In this document: positions 28,663 to 38,480 of the stretch, in pieces | Layout: every line of letters starts with the position of its first letter | Position numbering within the stretch: position 1 is the first letter of the stretch | Origin: Candidatus Peregrinibacteria bacterium | Lineage (GTDB): Bacteria; Patescibacteriota; Gracilibacteria; UBA1369 | Length of the DNA stretch: 64,000 bases | Assembly (NCBI GenBank): GCA_963708185.1 | Contig: OY970195.1 | Span: forward strand, 480,001-544,000 | Direction of reading: 5' to 3' | Made by a program: the position numbers and the translations under genes | The notes under the pieces: generated by a model | What the model saw: the letters and a program-made list of their open reading frames with translations, nothing else | Databases searched by the model: none | What the model was told of the DNA's origin: nothing

Positions 28663-29832
28663 CTACGCGCCAACAAGCTTTTTGACGTAGTTCTGAAGCG
28701 GGACATATGAACTTTTATACGGCAGCAGGATATACTGACCGACGCTGTTATAGGTTGAGTACAGATAGTTCTGATTACTGATGACGTTTCCGCTGTTTAT
28801 CTGGAACGTCCGGTACTGTGAATAATAGTTCAGGGCGTCGAGCAGACTGACGTCCGTTTTGATCCCGTCTTTCACACTGTTATACATTTCCGTGAGTTTG
28901 GTGATGTCGTCCTTGAGATCTAGTTCCTCTGCTTTTTGTTTCAGCGCCGTTATGATTTGCTGCTGGCGAGCGCTCCGGTCAAAATCCGTCGTGGACTTAC
29001 GGCTCCTGGCGTACTTGAGCGCGCGCTGTCCGTCCATGTGCTGGTATCCCTGTTTAAAACTTACCGTGGCGTACGTTGAGTTCGGTCCTGGATAGAGGGC
29101 GTCGGTTATGCCTTTGGGGACATTAATATCAACACCCCCAACCGCGTCGACGACGGCGACGAACGAGGACATGTCGACGATGAGATATTTATCCGGCATG
29201 ATTCCGGTAACGGCGTTGATGACGTTTTCAAGTTCGCCGATGCCGTATTTCTCGTAGTATTCGTTGATTTTCCGTCCATTATAGTAAAGGTCGCGCGGAA
29301 TGCTCAGAAGGGTCACTTTTTTAGCAACGGTATTGATGCTCGCGAGCATGATGGTGTCGGTCAGCCCCATATTCTCGCCCAAAACGAGGACATTGAGAAA
29401 TCCGGGAAGTTTTCCTGAGTTGGGAATATTTTGCGCGATGAGAGAGTTTTTTTGCTGCAGCGATTCGATGGTCTGATCTTTCTTGTCGATAAGATTGCGC
29501 AGATTGCTGTTGGCGACGGCGAGATCCTGCTGGATTTGTTTCTGTTTTGCGGTATCGATATCCACTTCGTTGAGCTTCTGGCTTAGATCACCGAGCTGGG
29601 AAGTGGTGTTCTGGATGTTGTCTTTTTCCGAAACGAAATACTGATACATTTTTTCATTTTGATCTTTCACCTGCCCGACCTCATCGATGAGCACGCTGAT
29701 TTTCAGATCCTTCTGCAAAAGTTCCTGCTGGTTTTTCTTGTAGACCACGGCAAAGCCGGTGACAAGCACCAACAGCGCGATGAGGACGGCCGAAATGGCC
29801 AGTTTGAATTGTTGTTCCGGTGTTTTTTTCAT
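28663..29832 (-). CDS. LCP (LytR-CpsA-Psr) family protein with an N-terminal coiled coil
   Basis: TM, coiled coil, TDTIML, SIPRDL, VDAVGGV, ALKYARSR...DFDRSARQQ. Confidence 0.92.
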   Translation of the reverse strand: MKKTPEQQFKLAISAVLIALLVLVTGFAVVYKKNQQELLQKDLKISVLIDEVGQVKDQNEKMYQYFVSEKDNIQNTTSQLGDLSQKLNEVDIDTAKQKQIQQDLAVANSNLRNLIDKKDQTIESLQQKNSLIAQNIPNSGKLPGFLNVLVLGENMGLTDTIMLASINTVAKKVTLLSIPRDLYYNGRKINEYYEKYGIGELENVINAVTGIMPDKYLIVDMSSFVAVVDAVGGVDINVPKGITDALYPGPNSTYATVSFKQGYQHMDGQRALKYARSRKSTTDFDRSARQQQIITALKQKAEELDLKDDITKLTEMYNSVKDGIKTDVSLLDALNYYSQYRTFQINSGNVISNQNYLYSTYNSVGQYILLPYKSSYVPLQNYVKKLVGA

Positions 29833-29834
29833 AA

Positions 29835-32396
29835 CTAACTCAGATCAATACCGATGCGTGCTGCGATTTCCTGGTCAACAAACTCTTTCTTGCGACCGTA
29901 TTTCATGCGTGAGTACTGGGTGACGATCTCACCGATCTTCTTGTTGGCGCTGGAAAGATCGTAGATGGTTTCCATCGAAAATGGTCTCGAAGTAGTGTTG
30001 TTGATGTTCAGCTTGATGTAGGCCTTGTAGTTTGCTATTCCCAAGACGTCCTGTTCAGTTAACGAAGGGGCGTATTCTTTTGCCATGTATTCCGCGTCAT
30101 CGGCGCCGACCTTGAAAGACATCATGGTACCGACGTTACCGAAGACGGCGTCGCGGATCGAAGTGTCGTTCTTCTTTTCGAGCTGCTTGATGTACTGATG
30201 CGCCATGATCAAAGCGAGGTGGTATTTTCTGGCCTCGGAAAGAATCGAGCAGAATGAGTCCGTCGCGAAGTTCTGGAATTCATCAACGTAGAGGTAAAAA
30301 TCCGTACGTTTGTCTTCTGACACGTCGACACGGCTCATGGCCGCCATCTGGATGCGCGCGACCATGACGAGACCCAGAAGCTGGGTATTGAGATCACCGA
30401 TCTTACCTTTGGAAAGATTAATGAGCAGAATCTTTTTTGAATCCATGCAGTCACGGAAATTGAACGCGGACTTGGTCTGTCCGATCACGTTGCGCATGAT
30501 CGAGTTGGTAATGAAAGGACCGAATTTCGCGGAAAAATAAGGAATCATTTCCTGTCGTTCACGTTCACCTGTATGTGCATACTCATGCTCCCAAAACGAA
30601 CGGACGACGGGATTTTTCACCTTGCTCACTTTGTATTTCATGAACTCGTCATCCACGAAGATGCGCGGAACGTCGATGAGCGTCGCTCCTTCTTCTTCAT
30701 CCTCCATGAGAGTCAGACAACCGTTACGGAAATAATGCTGAATACGGGGACCGAAAATCTCGTCACCGAAAATCTTGATGAAGATTTCCGTTGCCTGGCT
30801 GGACGCCAGATCCTGCTGTTCTGGTGTTTTCGCTTCAAGAATATTCAACCCCATCGGTCGTTCCGTATCAGCAGGGTTGAACAAAATGACATCTTTGGCG
30901 CGTTCTTTCGGCACGAACTGGACAAGTTCTTCAACAAGATCTCCGTGCGGGTCGACGACGCAGAGACCGTCGCCGTTCTGAATGTCCTGACGAGCCATCC
31001 AACTGAGGAAAGCGGATTTACCCGAACCAGATTTTCCGATGCAGTACTGATGCCTCGTACGGTCGTTACGGAGGATATGGACTTCTCGTTTGAGACCACG
31101 ATAGACATTGAATCCAAGCAAAACGCCCGTCGAAGGAAGATCCACGGGAGCCGGAAGAACCTTGTACTGAAGCCATTTGATGTTCGGAGCAGGATTGTAG
31201 CGGCTGCTCGGGAAGTGGAAAAAAGACGCGAGTTCTTCCGGAACCATGACGGATTTCTTTTCCCCGAAAATCAGGAATCTCGTATCGAGCAGGCGATGAT
31301 TGAAGTTGAACTTCATGATCATGTTGTTGATGAAGTCCAGAAAGATGATGCGTCTGGTTTGAAACCAGTTCATGTAGTTGTCGCGAAAAAGGTTCAGGGC
31401 AAGAGCCACGTCGTTGGTCAAACTCTGTGCTTTTTGCCTGGATTTCGCTGACCCCATGATGCGGATGACTGTGTCGAATCCTACCTGTCCCGCTTTTTCA
31501 CCCATCTTTTTTGCAACTTCTTCCAATGGTTGAAGCATACGAACGTATCCGCTCATGCCCTGTTCTGGTGTTTTTGTTTTGACCACTTTTTCGTAACCGA
31601 AAAAGAGCCCGACAAAAATACTGTTGAGTGTTCTCAGCCCTGGAATGTCGAGCAGTCCGGGCTTGCCTTTTTTTCCCATAAATATCTGTGAGGCAACACC
31701 TTTGGCGGTTTTGTTCCATTTTTCACTTTTGATCGGCCTGAGTATGATCTGTATCACCGACACTTCCCCTTCTTCGAGTTTTGAAAAGATGTTCGTAAGA
31801 TCGTTGAGCGGATCGTTTTCAATGGTTTTGTATGTTTTGATGGGATACCAAAAAGGATTCTTCTCATAAGCGTAATAACATTTGAGCTTATTGCCCTTCG
31901 GTTGGATTTGATAAGGTTTATCGATCTGGATGTCGGCATTGGTGTAATAGGAAGTGATCTGTTTTTCCATGAGCTCCTGGAAGTATTTGGGAACGACGAC
32001 GTAAAATTCCACGACTTTTTCCTGAGCCACGAATTCGAACGAAAGGATGTCAGCTCTAAAAATAAAGGTGCGGAAGACATTGAACAGGTTCAACTCGCCC
32101 ATCTCGTAAAGATTGCGGAACAACTGTTCCATTACCGATATTTTTTCACGGAAATCTTTCTCTTCGCTTTTCTCTTTGTCTTTCTGAGAATCTTCTCTCG
32201 GGAGCGTAATTCTCATGTAGACGAGCGATTTGCTCCGTAAGACCACGTAAAGGTAGCGGTAGGTCGAAACGATGAGCTTTAAAGCAATAAACAGCGCAAC
32301 GAACGCGATGATAAACTCCCAAGGGTTCGTCACCATCTGCTGCCAAAGGTTTTGTGCCCAGTCGGGAAGACTCTGCAAAAGCTGGTCGAAATTCAT
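29835..32396 (-). CDS. VirB4/VirD4(TraG)/HerA-like ATPase of the Patescibacteria type
   Basis: N-terminal TM, HQYCIGKSGSGKS (Walker A), VVDPHGD, LYVDEFQNF (Walker B), SEARKY, AHQYI. Confidence 0.85.
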   Translation of the reverse strand: MNFDQLLQSLPDWAQNLWQQMVTNPWEFIIAFVALFIALKLIVSTYRYLYVVLRSKSLVYMRITLPREDSQKDKEKSEEKDFREKISVMEQLFRNLYEMGELNLFNVFRTFIFRADILSFEFVAQEKVVEFYVVVPKYFQELMEKQITSYYTNADIQIDKPYQIQPKGNKLKCYYAYEKNPFWYPIKTYKTIENDPLNDLTNIFSKLEEGEVSVIQIILRPIKSEKWNKTAKGVASQIFMGKKGKPGLLDIPGLRTLNSIFVGLFFGYEKVVKTKTPEQGMSGYVRMLQPLEEVAKKMGEKAGQVGFDTVIRIMGSAKSRQKAQSLTNDVALALNLFRDNYMNWFQTRRIIFLDFINNMIMKFNFNHRLLDTRFLIFGEKKSVMVPEELASFFHFPSSRYNPAPNIKWLQYKVLPAPVDLPSTGVLLGFNVYRGLKREVHILRNDRTRHQYCIGKSGSGKSAFLSWMARQDIQNGDGLCVVDPHGDLVEELVQFVPKERAKDVILFNPADTERPMGLNILEAKTPEQQDLASSQATEIFIKIFGDEIFGPRIQHYFRNGCLTLMEDEEEGATLIDVPRIFVDDEFMKYKVSKVKNPVVRSFWEHEYAHTGERERQEMIPYFSAKFGPFITNSIMRNVIGQTKSAFNFRDCMDSKKILLINLSKGKIGDLNTQLLGLVMVARIQMAAMSRVDVSEDKRTDFYLYVDEFQNFATDSFCSILSEARKYHLALIMAHQYIKQLEKKNDTSIRDAVFGNVGTMMSFKVGADDAEYMAKEYAPSLTEQDVLGIANYKAYIKLNINNTTSRPFSMETIYDLSSANKKIGEIVTQYSRMKYGRKKEFVDQEIAARIGIDLS

Positions 32397-32524
32397 AAAT
32401 TTGTTTTGTTTTTATTTATCTAGGTATTTTATCACAAAATGCCCGTTTTAACAATTGTTAAAGCCATTTATCGTCCCTTGCTCCCATTTTGATTTATTGT
32501 GTAATTTTTTTGTTACTTTTTGGC

Positions 32525-33151
32525 TTAATGCAGGCTTTCATAACTATTTTTGCCGACAACTATATGGTCTAAAAGCGGAATATGCATTATTTCCGCGACT
32601 TTTTCGAGCTCCACCGTGGTCATCGAGTCTTCCCGGCTCGGCGTCGGATCGCCTGAAGGGTGGTTGTGGACAAGGATCACCGCATAAGCGTTATGGTAGA
32701 GGGCGGGACGGAAGACGTCGCGGGGATGGAGCAGGTTGGCATTCAACCCGCCGATGCTCAACGTCTCTTCGTGGATCAATTTATACCGGGCATCAAGATA
32801 AAGTCCCCTTATATGCTCCTTTTGGAGATATTGCATGTTCTTGACGTAAGCGTAGACCTGTTCGGAAGTCCGGAAGTACGCATTGTCATGACGTTGATTG
32901 AAAAACCTTTTTCCTATCTCGAACACAGCGATAAGTTGGCAGCTTTGTGCGTAACCCAAACGAAAATTTTTCATAAAATCTTCCGGTTCATCCATGTTGA
33001 CGAGCTCATCGTGATCGAACTTTTCCAGAATGCGCTTCGCACAACTGAAGATATCTTCTTTTTTTGTTCCCTTGCCGAGGATGAGCGCGATGAGTTCATC
33101 ATCGGAGAGACTCTTGATGCCGCATTCTTTGAGTTTTTCCCGTGGTTTCAT
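32525..33151 (-). CDS. radC: RadC family JAB/MPN-domain protein
   Basis: KPREKL...LSDDELIALILG, HPRDVF, HNHPSGDPTPSRED, LDHIVV. Confidence 0.92.
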   Translation of the reverse strand: MKPREKLKECGIKSLSDDELIALILGKGTKKEDIFSCAKRILEKFDHDELVNMDEPEDFMKNFRLGYAQSCQLIAVFEIGKRFFNQRHDNAYFRTSEQVYAYVKNMQYLQKEHIRGLYLDARYKLIHEETLSIGGLNANLLHPRDVFRPALYHNAYAVILVHNHPSGDPTPSREDSMTTVELEKVAEIMHIPLLDHIVVGKNSYESLH

Positions 33152-33210
33152 AAAAAGAGAGATGGTCTTTCGATCGTACCATCCCTCGTTAAAATTTTCG
33201 TAAAATTTTC

Positions 33211-34623
33211 CTAAGCTTGCAGTTTATCACGGAGATAGTTCAAGAGCTCAGATGCCTTGATCCTTTCCTGCTTGGTCGTGTCGCGGTCGCGAACGGTCAC
33301 CGCGTCATCCTTTTCAACGGTGTCGAAATCAATGGTGATGCAGAACGGCGTACCGATTTCGTCCTGGCGTCGGTAACGTTTGCCGATCGAACCGGACTCG
33401 TCGTATTCGACCATGAAATGTTTCTTGAGCATATTGAAGATTTCGTGAGCCTTCCCCGTGATGATTTCTTTGTTCTTGACCAGCGGAAGGACGGCCGCCT
33501 TGATCGGGGCAAGTTCCGGGTGAAAGCGCATGACGACTCTCTGTTCCCCTCCGACCTCGTCTTCATCGTAGGCGTCGATCATGAAGGTAAGGACGGTGCG
33601 GTCGGCACCGAAAGAAGGTTCAATGACCTCAGGAACATACTTCTGATTGGTCTCCGGATCAAAATAGACGAGTTCATCTCCCGAAAATTCGGAATGTCTG
33701 CTCAGGTCGAACGTTCCGCGATGCGCGGTTCCCTGGAGTTCACCCCAACCGAAAGGGAATTCGTATTCGATATCCACCGTCATCTTTGAGTAATGTGCCA
33801 GTTCCTTGGCGTCATGACGACGCTGACGGAGCTTTTCTTTCTTGATGCCGAGATCCGTATAAAAAGCGAAGCATGCCTTTTCCCACTGATCAAACAGCTC
33901 TTTTTCGGTGTTCGGTTTAATAAAATATTCGATCTCCATCTGCTCGAATTCACGGGTACGGAAGGTGAAGTTGCCGGGGGTGATTTCATTACGGAAGGCT
34001 TTTCCGATCTGGGCCACACCAAAAGGCAGTTTCAAACGGGTTGTCGCCAGAACGTTCTTGAAGTTCACGAAAATCCCCTGCGCGGTTTCAGGACGCAAAT
34101 ACACCATGGCGCTGCTTTCTTCGACAACACCTTGGTGCGTCCTGAACATGAGATTGAAGGAACGGGCTTCGGTAAAGTCGCTCTTACCGCATGAAGGACA
34201 GGGGATTTTTTTCTCCTTGATGAAATCACTGATCTCTTTGAGAGATTTTCCGGCCGCGGCTTCGATGCCATAGTGCTCCTCGATGAGTTTGTCGCCGCGG
34301 ACGCGCTCGTGGCAGTTCTTACAGTCCATCAACGGGTCGGAAAACGACTGGACGTGGCCGGATGCTTCCCAGGTTTTTGGATTCATGAGGATCGAGGCGT
34401 CGAGACCGACGACGTCTTCCCTTTCCTGGACAAACTTTTTCCACCAGGCTTTTTTGACGTTGTTCTTGAGTTCCACGCCGTAAGGTCCGTAATCCCAGGT
34501 ATTGGCGAGACCTCCGTAAATTTCAGATCCGGGGAAAATAAATCCGCGTCGTTTGGCGAGCGAAACGATTTTGTCCATCGTCGCTTTTTCAGCGGAGGGT
34601 TTTGCTTTTTTTTCGTCGTTCAT
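33211..34623 (-). CDS. glyQS: Glycine--tRNA ligase (homodimeric alpha2 type)
   Basis: YLRPETAQGIF, FRNEITP, FRTREFEQME, IEPSFG, IGKRYRRQDEIGTP. Confidence 0.97.
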   Translation of the reverse strand: MNDEKKAKPSAEKATMDKIVSLAKRRGFIFPGSEIYGGLANTWDYGPYGVELKNNVKKAWWKKFVQEREDVVGLDASILMNPKTWEASGHVQSFSDPLMDCKNCHERVRGDKLIEEHYGIEAAAGKSLKEISDFIKEKKIPCPSCGKSDFTEARSFNLMFRTHQGVVEESSAMVYLRPETAQGIFVNFKNVLATTRLKLPFGVAQIGKAFRNEITPGNFTFRTREFEQMEIEYFIKPNTEKELFDQWEKACFAFYTDLGIKKEKLRQRRHDAKELAHYSKMTVDIEYEFPFGWGELQGTAHRGTFDLSRHSEFSGDELVYFDPETNQKYVPEVIEPSFGADRTVLTFMIDAYDEDEVGGEQRVVMRFHPELAPIKAAVLPLVKNKEIITGKAHEIFNMLKKHFMVEYDESGSIGKRYRRQDEIGTPFCITIDFDTVEKDDAVTVRDRDTTKQERIKASELLNYLRDKLQA

Positions 34624-34640
34624 AGGTAAGGAAGGATAGG

Positions 34641-35084
34641 TTATTTTTTACTTTCCAGCATTAATGTAAACGGGCCGTCGTTCATGAGTTCGACCTGCAT
34701 GTTGGCCTGGAACCGGCCGGTCTTGGTGGGAACTTCGGAGTTCCTGAAGATTTCACAGGCTTTTTCAAAAATTTTCCTGGCTTCTTCAATGGGGGCGGCA
34801 CCGTTAAAATCGGGGCGCCTGCCCTTGTTGCAGTCGCCATACAGCGTAAACTGGGACACCAGCAGGAATTCTCCTTTCACGTCTTTCACCGAAAGATCGA
34901 GTTTCCCGTCCCGGCCTTCGAAAATCCTCAAATTGGAAATTTTTTCAAGAAGGTAGTTAATGTCTTTTTCGTCATCACCGTGGGTAATTCCCATAAAAAT
35001 GAGCACTCCCCTGTTGATATCGCTGATGGTTTTTCCTTCGACCGTCACCGAGGCTTTGGCAACGCGCTGGATAAGTGCACGCAT
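34641..35084 (-). CDS. dtd: D-aminoacyl-tRNA deacylase
   Basis: MRALIQRV, SQFTL, KGRRP, NDGPFT. Confidence 0.96.
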   Translation of the reverse strand: MRALIQRVAKASVTVEGKTISDINRGVLIFMGITHGDDEKDINYLLEKISNLRIFEGRDGKLDLSVKDVKGEFLLVSQFTLYGDCNKGRRPDFNGAAPIEEARKIFEKACEIFRNSEVPTKTGRFQANMQVELMNDGPFTLMLESKK

Positions 35085-35094
35085 GATTCAATAA

Positions 35095-35376
35095 TTACTT
35101 TTTATCTTTCTCCCCGCCTTTTTGACCCTGGCGATTTCTCCAGTCCAGCATGGCGTTGGAAAGGACGTTCATGAACGATTCCGCGGTCTGATGAGTGATG
35201 TTGACGCGGTTGACGACCTTGATCGTCATCGGTTTGACGTTTGGCATGATATATCCGAAATCCAAAACGACCTCATTCTGGTTCACGTGTACGGAAACGG
35301 CGTTGGCGTACACTCCCTGTTCCTGTGCGGCGTCAACTTTGACCTGAACTTGCGGTTGTTGTTGTTCGTTCGCCAT
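35095..35376 (-). CDS. DUF3467-like small protein
   Basis: GVYANAVSV...EVVLDF...VVNRV; ATG at 35376. Confidence 0.7.
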   Translation of the reverse strand: MANEQQQPQVQVKVDAAQEQGVYANAVSVHVNQNEVVLDFGYIMPNVKPMTIKVVNRVNITHQTAESFMNVLSNAMLDWRNRQGQKGGEKDKK

Positions 35377-35401
35377 AGTTTTGTATGAAAAAATATAAAA
35401 A

Positions 35402-36514
35402 TTAGGATTTTGGAGGATCGAATTTCGGAATGAAAAGCGGTTTTTGTTTGTCGATCTCTTCCGCCCGGGCCGCCTTATTGGCGAGCTGCCCGCAGGCTGC
35501 CTCAATATCCTGTCCCAAGGTTACACGAATTGTTACGGCGATGCCATAGCCTTTCACGATATTGCGGAATTTTTTGATTTGTTCGGGAATACTCCCTTCA
35601 ATTCCCTGAATTCCAGTAGCGTTATAGGGGATCAGATTGACGTGACAAAGTTGTCCCTGGATCAGTTTTCCGAGCTGATGGGCATACTCTTCGGTGTCGT
35701 TAATGCCTTTGAGCATGACGTACTCGTACGAAATGCGCCGACGGGTTTTGTTGAGATAATCCTTAATGGCGCTCATCAGCTGGTCAAGACTGTACTTGTT
35801 GGCGATGGGCATGATCCTCTTTCTGAGATCCTGGTTGGGAGCGTGAAGACTGACCGCGAGGTTGACCTGCAGATTTTCGTCGATGAGTTTTTCGATGCCT
35901 TCGCAGATGCCCGACGTTGAGACCGTAATGTTGCGTGCTCCGATATTGAGTCCGTCGGGGTCGTTGATCACTTTGAGTGCCTTGAGGACGTTATCGTAAT
36001 TCATGAACGGTTCTCCCATACCCATCAACACGATGTTGCTGATGCGTTGGTTCTGCTGATGGAGCTGCTGAGCGTAATAAAGCACCTGGTCGGAAATCTC
36101 CTCATAGGTAAGATTCCTTCCGAATCGCAACGTTCCGGTCGCACAAAATTTGCAGCCTAACTGGCAACCGGCCTGACTTGAAATACAGACGGTATGACGT
36201 CCGTCCTTGAAATGCATGAGCACGGCTTCGATTTTCAGTCCGTCGTTCAGTTCAAAAAGTGTTTTGGTGGTCGTTTTGTCGAGCGATGTGACCTGACGGA
36301 CCGTCTTCATGCTCAAAATCGGGAACTCCGTTTCGAGTTCACGCTGGAGTTTCTGCGGGAGGGTCGTGATGTCGCTATAGGCCGTTTTGCCTTCCTTGCA
36401 CACGGCATGGATGACTTGCATGGCTCTGTACCTCGGTATTTCCCGGGTTGAGAGTTCCTGAATGAGATCTTCTGTCGCGAGCATCTTGACAATTAAAGTT
36501 GTTGTGTTGTCCAA
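35402..36514 (-). CDS. rlmN: Dual-specificity RNA methyltransferase RlmN (radical SAM)
   Basis: CISSQAGCQLGCKFC, MGMGEP, SLHA, NLIPYN, AACGQL; start may be ATG 36484. Confidence 0.95.
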   Translation of the reverse strand: MDNTTTLIVKMLATEDLIQELSTREIPRYRAMQVIHAVCKEGKTAYSDITTLPQKLQRELETEFPILSMKTVRQVTSLDKTTTKTLFELNDGLKIEAVLMHFKDGRHTVCISSQAGCQLGCKFCATGTLRFGRNLTYEEISDQVLYYAQQLHQQNQRISNIVLMGMGEPFMNYDNVLKALKVINDPDGLNIGARNITVSTSGICEGIEKLIDENLQVNLAVSLHAPNQDLRKRIMPIANKYSLDQLMSAIKDYLNKTRRRISYEYVMLKGINDTEEYAHQLGKLIQGQLCHVNLIPYNATGIQGIEGSIPEQIKKFRNIVKGYGIAVTIRVTLGQDIEAACGQLANKAARAEEIDKQKPLFIPKFDPPKS

Positions 36515-36652
36515 AGTTGTACAACAGGAATTATAAGTGACTTTTTGCTTTTTGCAATGGGAAAAATTAACTTTTCTGACTTTGTATATTTTGACAACTG
36601 TTTGTGCTTTTTTTACAACGAAGGCGATTTATCATTTTTTCACTCTTTTTTT

Positions 36653-37321
36653 ATGCAAAGCTTACTTATCGCAGAAGATTTTCATCATGGCAAATTTGTC
36701 CAGCAGGGGTTCAAATATGAAAGCATCCCCATGGAGCTTCTTCAGTCTCATGCCGGCACTGAATCCCTGACAAACGCTCTTACAGGCTGCGACAGCGTTT
36801 TTTTATTGATGAGGGATAAGGATGCTCTTGAAAAACTGCTCTCGGTTCTCGAAAGCCTGGGGCAGTCGATTCCCGTTATCGTTCTTGCGGAGCATTACGA
36901 CGCAAAATTTCCCGTCTACCTCCGGACAAAAAAGGTTCATCGCGTTTTTACCCGACCCTTCCCTTTTCGGAGCATTGCCGCAGAAATCAGGATTCTCGTG
37001 TACAGCATGAAAGAACAGTCCGAATTCCCGGTTCTGAAAGTCCGTGACCTGGAACTACGCAGAGATACCCATGAAGTTGTCTGGAAAGGGCGGAGCATCC
37101 GGTTGAGACACAAAGAGTTCACGCTTCTGGAATTCATGATGCTCAACTCCGGAAAACTTTTAAGCAGAGAAAAGATCCTGGAAAGCGTCTGGGACCGTAA
37201 CGCGAACATTTTTACGAATACCGTTGACGTCCACATCAACAAGCTCCGCAAGAAGATTGACTACAGCGTAAGCGATAAATTTATCCATACCGTCCACTGT
37301 TCCGGGTACATCTTTTCATAA
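36653..37321 (+). CDS. OmpR/PhoB-family regulator with a degenerate receiver domain
   Basis: Winged helix KEFTLLEFM...LSREKILESVW...TVDVHINKLRKK...TVHCSGY; ATG at 36653. Confidence 0.85.
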   Translation: MQSLLIAEDFHHGKFVQQGFKYESIPMELLQSHAGTESLTNALTGCDSVFLLMRDKDALEKLLSVLESLGQSIPVIVLAEHYDAKFPVYLRTKKVHRVFTRPFPFRSIAAEIRILVYSMKEQSEFPVLKVRDLELRRDTHEVVWKGRSIRLRHKEFTLLEFMMLNSGKLLSREKILESVWDRNANIFTNTVDVHINKLRKKIDYSVSDKFIHTVHCSGYIFS

Positions 37322-37396
37322 AACATTTTGCTTTTTTGAAACGTCTTGTTATAATTCCAGTTAGATTTTTGGCTATGGTTTCCTTTACCATTCTTC

Positions 37397-38458
37397 ATGG
37401 CTTCTGTTTCACCAGTCGATCCGGTTCTTGATCAATTAAGACCCCAGATAGATCAGCTACTGCTGCTCCTTTCTCAAAAAGAGAAGTTCGTGATCCAGAG
37501 GCGTTTCAATCTTGATGAAAAAAACAGAGCCACACTTGAAGAGATCGGCCAGCATTTTCAGGTTACGCGTGAACGGGTCCGGCAGATAGAACGGAACGCG
37601 TTGCAGAAACTTCGCCGCAACATTGAAAACACGCCACTGTATAACGTCAACAAAATGGCGTACCAGTTTCTCCAGGAAGCCGGAGGTTTGATGAAAGAGG
37701 ATCTCCTTGTTTCGAAAATCCTTAACGGTGAAGCAGGTTTCTCTTACGCCGCCGTCCAGCTTATCGTCAACCTCGACAAACGTTTCGAACGTCTTCCAAA
37801 TACCGTACAGTATCATCCTTACGTCAAATACAAGACGCTTCCAGAACAGTTCATCAAGAATGTCGCATCGGAATGCATGAAAATGCTGCAGGGTTCCAGT
37901 ACGGTCACAAAGATTTCATTACTCGTCAGCACGCTAAAGAAGACCATCGTTGATGAGCATCTTGTGCAGGCAGAAACACTGGCGTCGATTTTCCAGGTCA
38001 ATAAGAACTTCAAACTTGTCGAAAATGATTCCGTGGGCCTGATGAAATGGAGACACGTCAATCCGAGAACGATCCGGGACAAGATTTTCTTCATTTTGCG
38101 CGAAAAAGGAAAGCCGATGCATTTCGTGGACATTGCCAATGAAATCGTGAAAGCCCAGTTCGACAAAAAGCAGCTGAATCATCAGGCGATCCACAACGAA
38201 CTCATCAGGAACGATGAATTTATACTGATCGGGCGCGGTATTTACGCCCTCAAGGAATGGGGATTCCATGTCGGAACCGTTGCAGACATCATCACAGCGA
38301 TTCTCAGGAATAGAGGGTCCATGCATCAGGATGAAATCGTGGCAGAGGTCCTTAAACAGCGTCAGGTCAAACCCATCACCATTATCTTGAACCTCAAGAG
38401 TAAGGAAAACTTCACCCGTGTCGGACGCTTCCAATACACGTTGAAAAACCCTTCCTAG
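37397..38458 (+). CDS. Sigma70 region-4-like HTH + C-terminal HARE-HTH (RNAP delta-like) protein, paralog 1
   Basis: TLEEIGQHFQVTRERVRQIE; C-terminal PMHFVDIA...AIHNELI...FILIGRGIYALKEWG. Confidence 0.75.
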   Translation: MASVSPVDPVLDQLRPQIDQLLLLLSQKEKFVIQRRFNLDEKNRATLEEIGQHFQVTRERVRQIERNALQKLRRNIENTPLYNVNKMAYQFLQEAGGLMKEDLLVSKILNGEAGFSYAAVQLIVNLDKRFERLPNTVQYHPYVKYKTLPEQFIKNVASECMKMLQGSSTVTKISLLVSTLKKTIVDEHLVQAETLASIFQVNKNFKLVENDSVGLMKWRHVNPRTIRDKIFFILREKGKPMHFVDIANEIVKAQFDKKQLNHQAIHNELIRNDEFILIGRGIYALKEWGFHVGTVADIITAILRNRGSMHQDEIVAEVLKQRQVKPITIILNLKSKENFTRVGRFQYTLKNPS

Positions 38459-38480
38459 GCTTCACGGAAGCAAAGAAGGG

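Noticed and set aside
29835-33151. Integrative conjugative element suggested by radC next to a VirB4/VirD4-like ATPase
   Set aside because: No integrase, relaxase or flanking repeats; neighbours are housekeeping genes.
37397-38458. Calling this gene or its paralog a sigma factor
   Set aside because: Only region 4 is present; region 2, needed for core binding and promoter melting, is absent.
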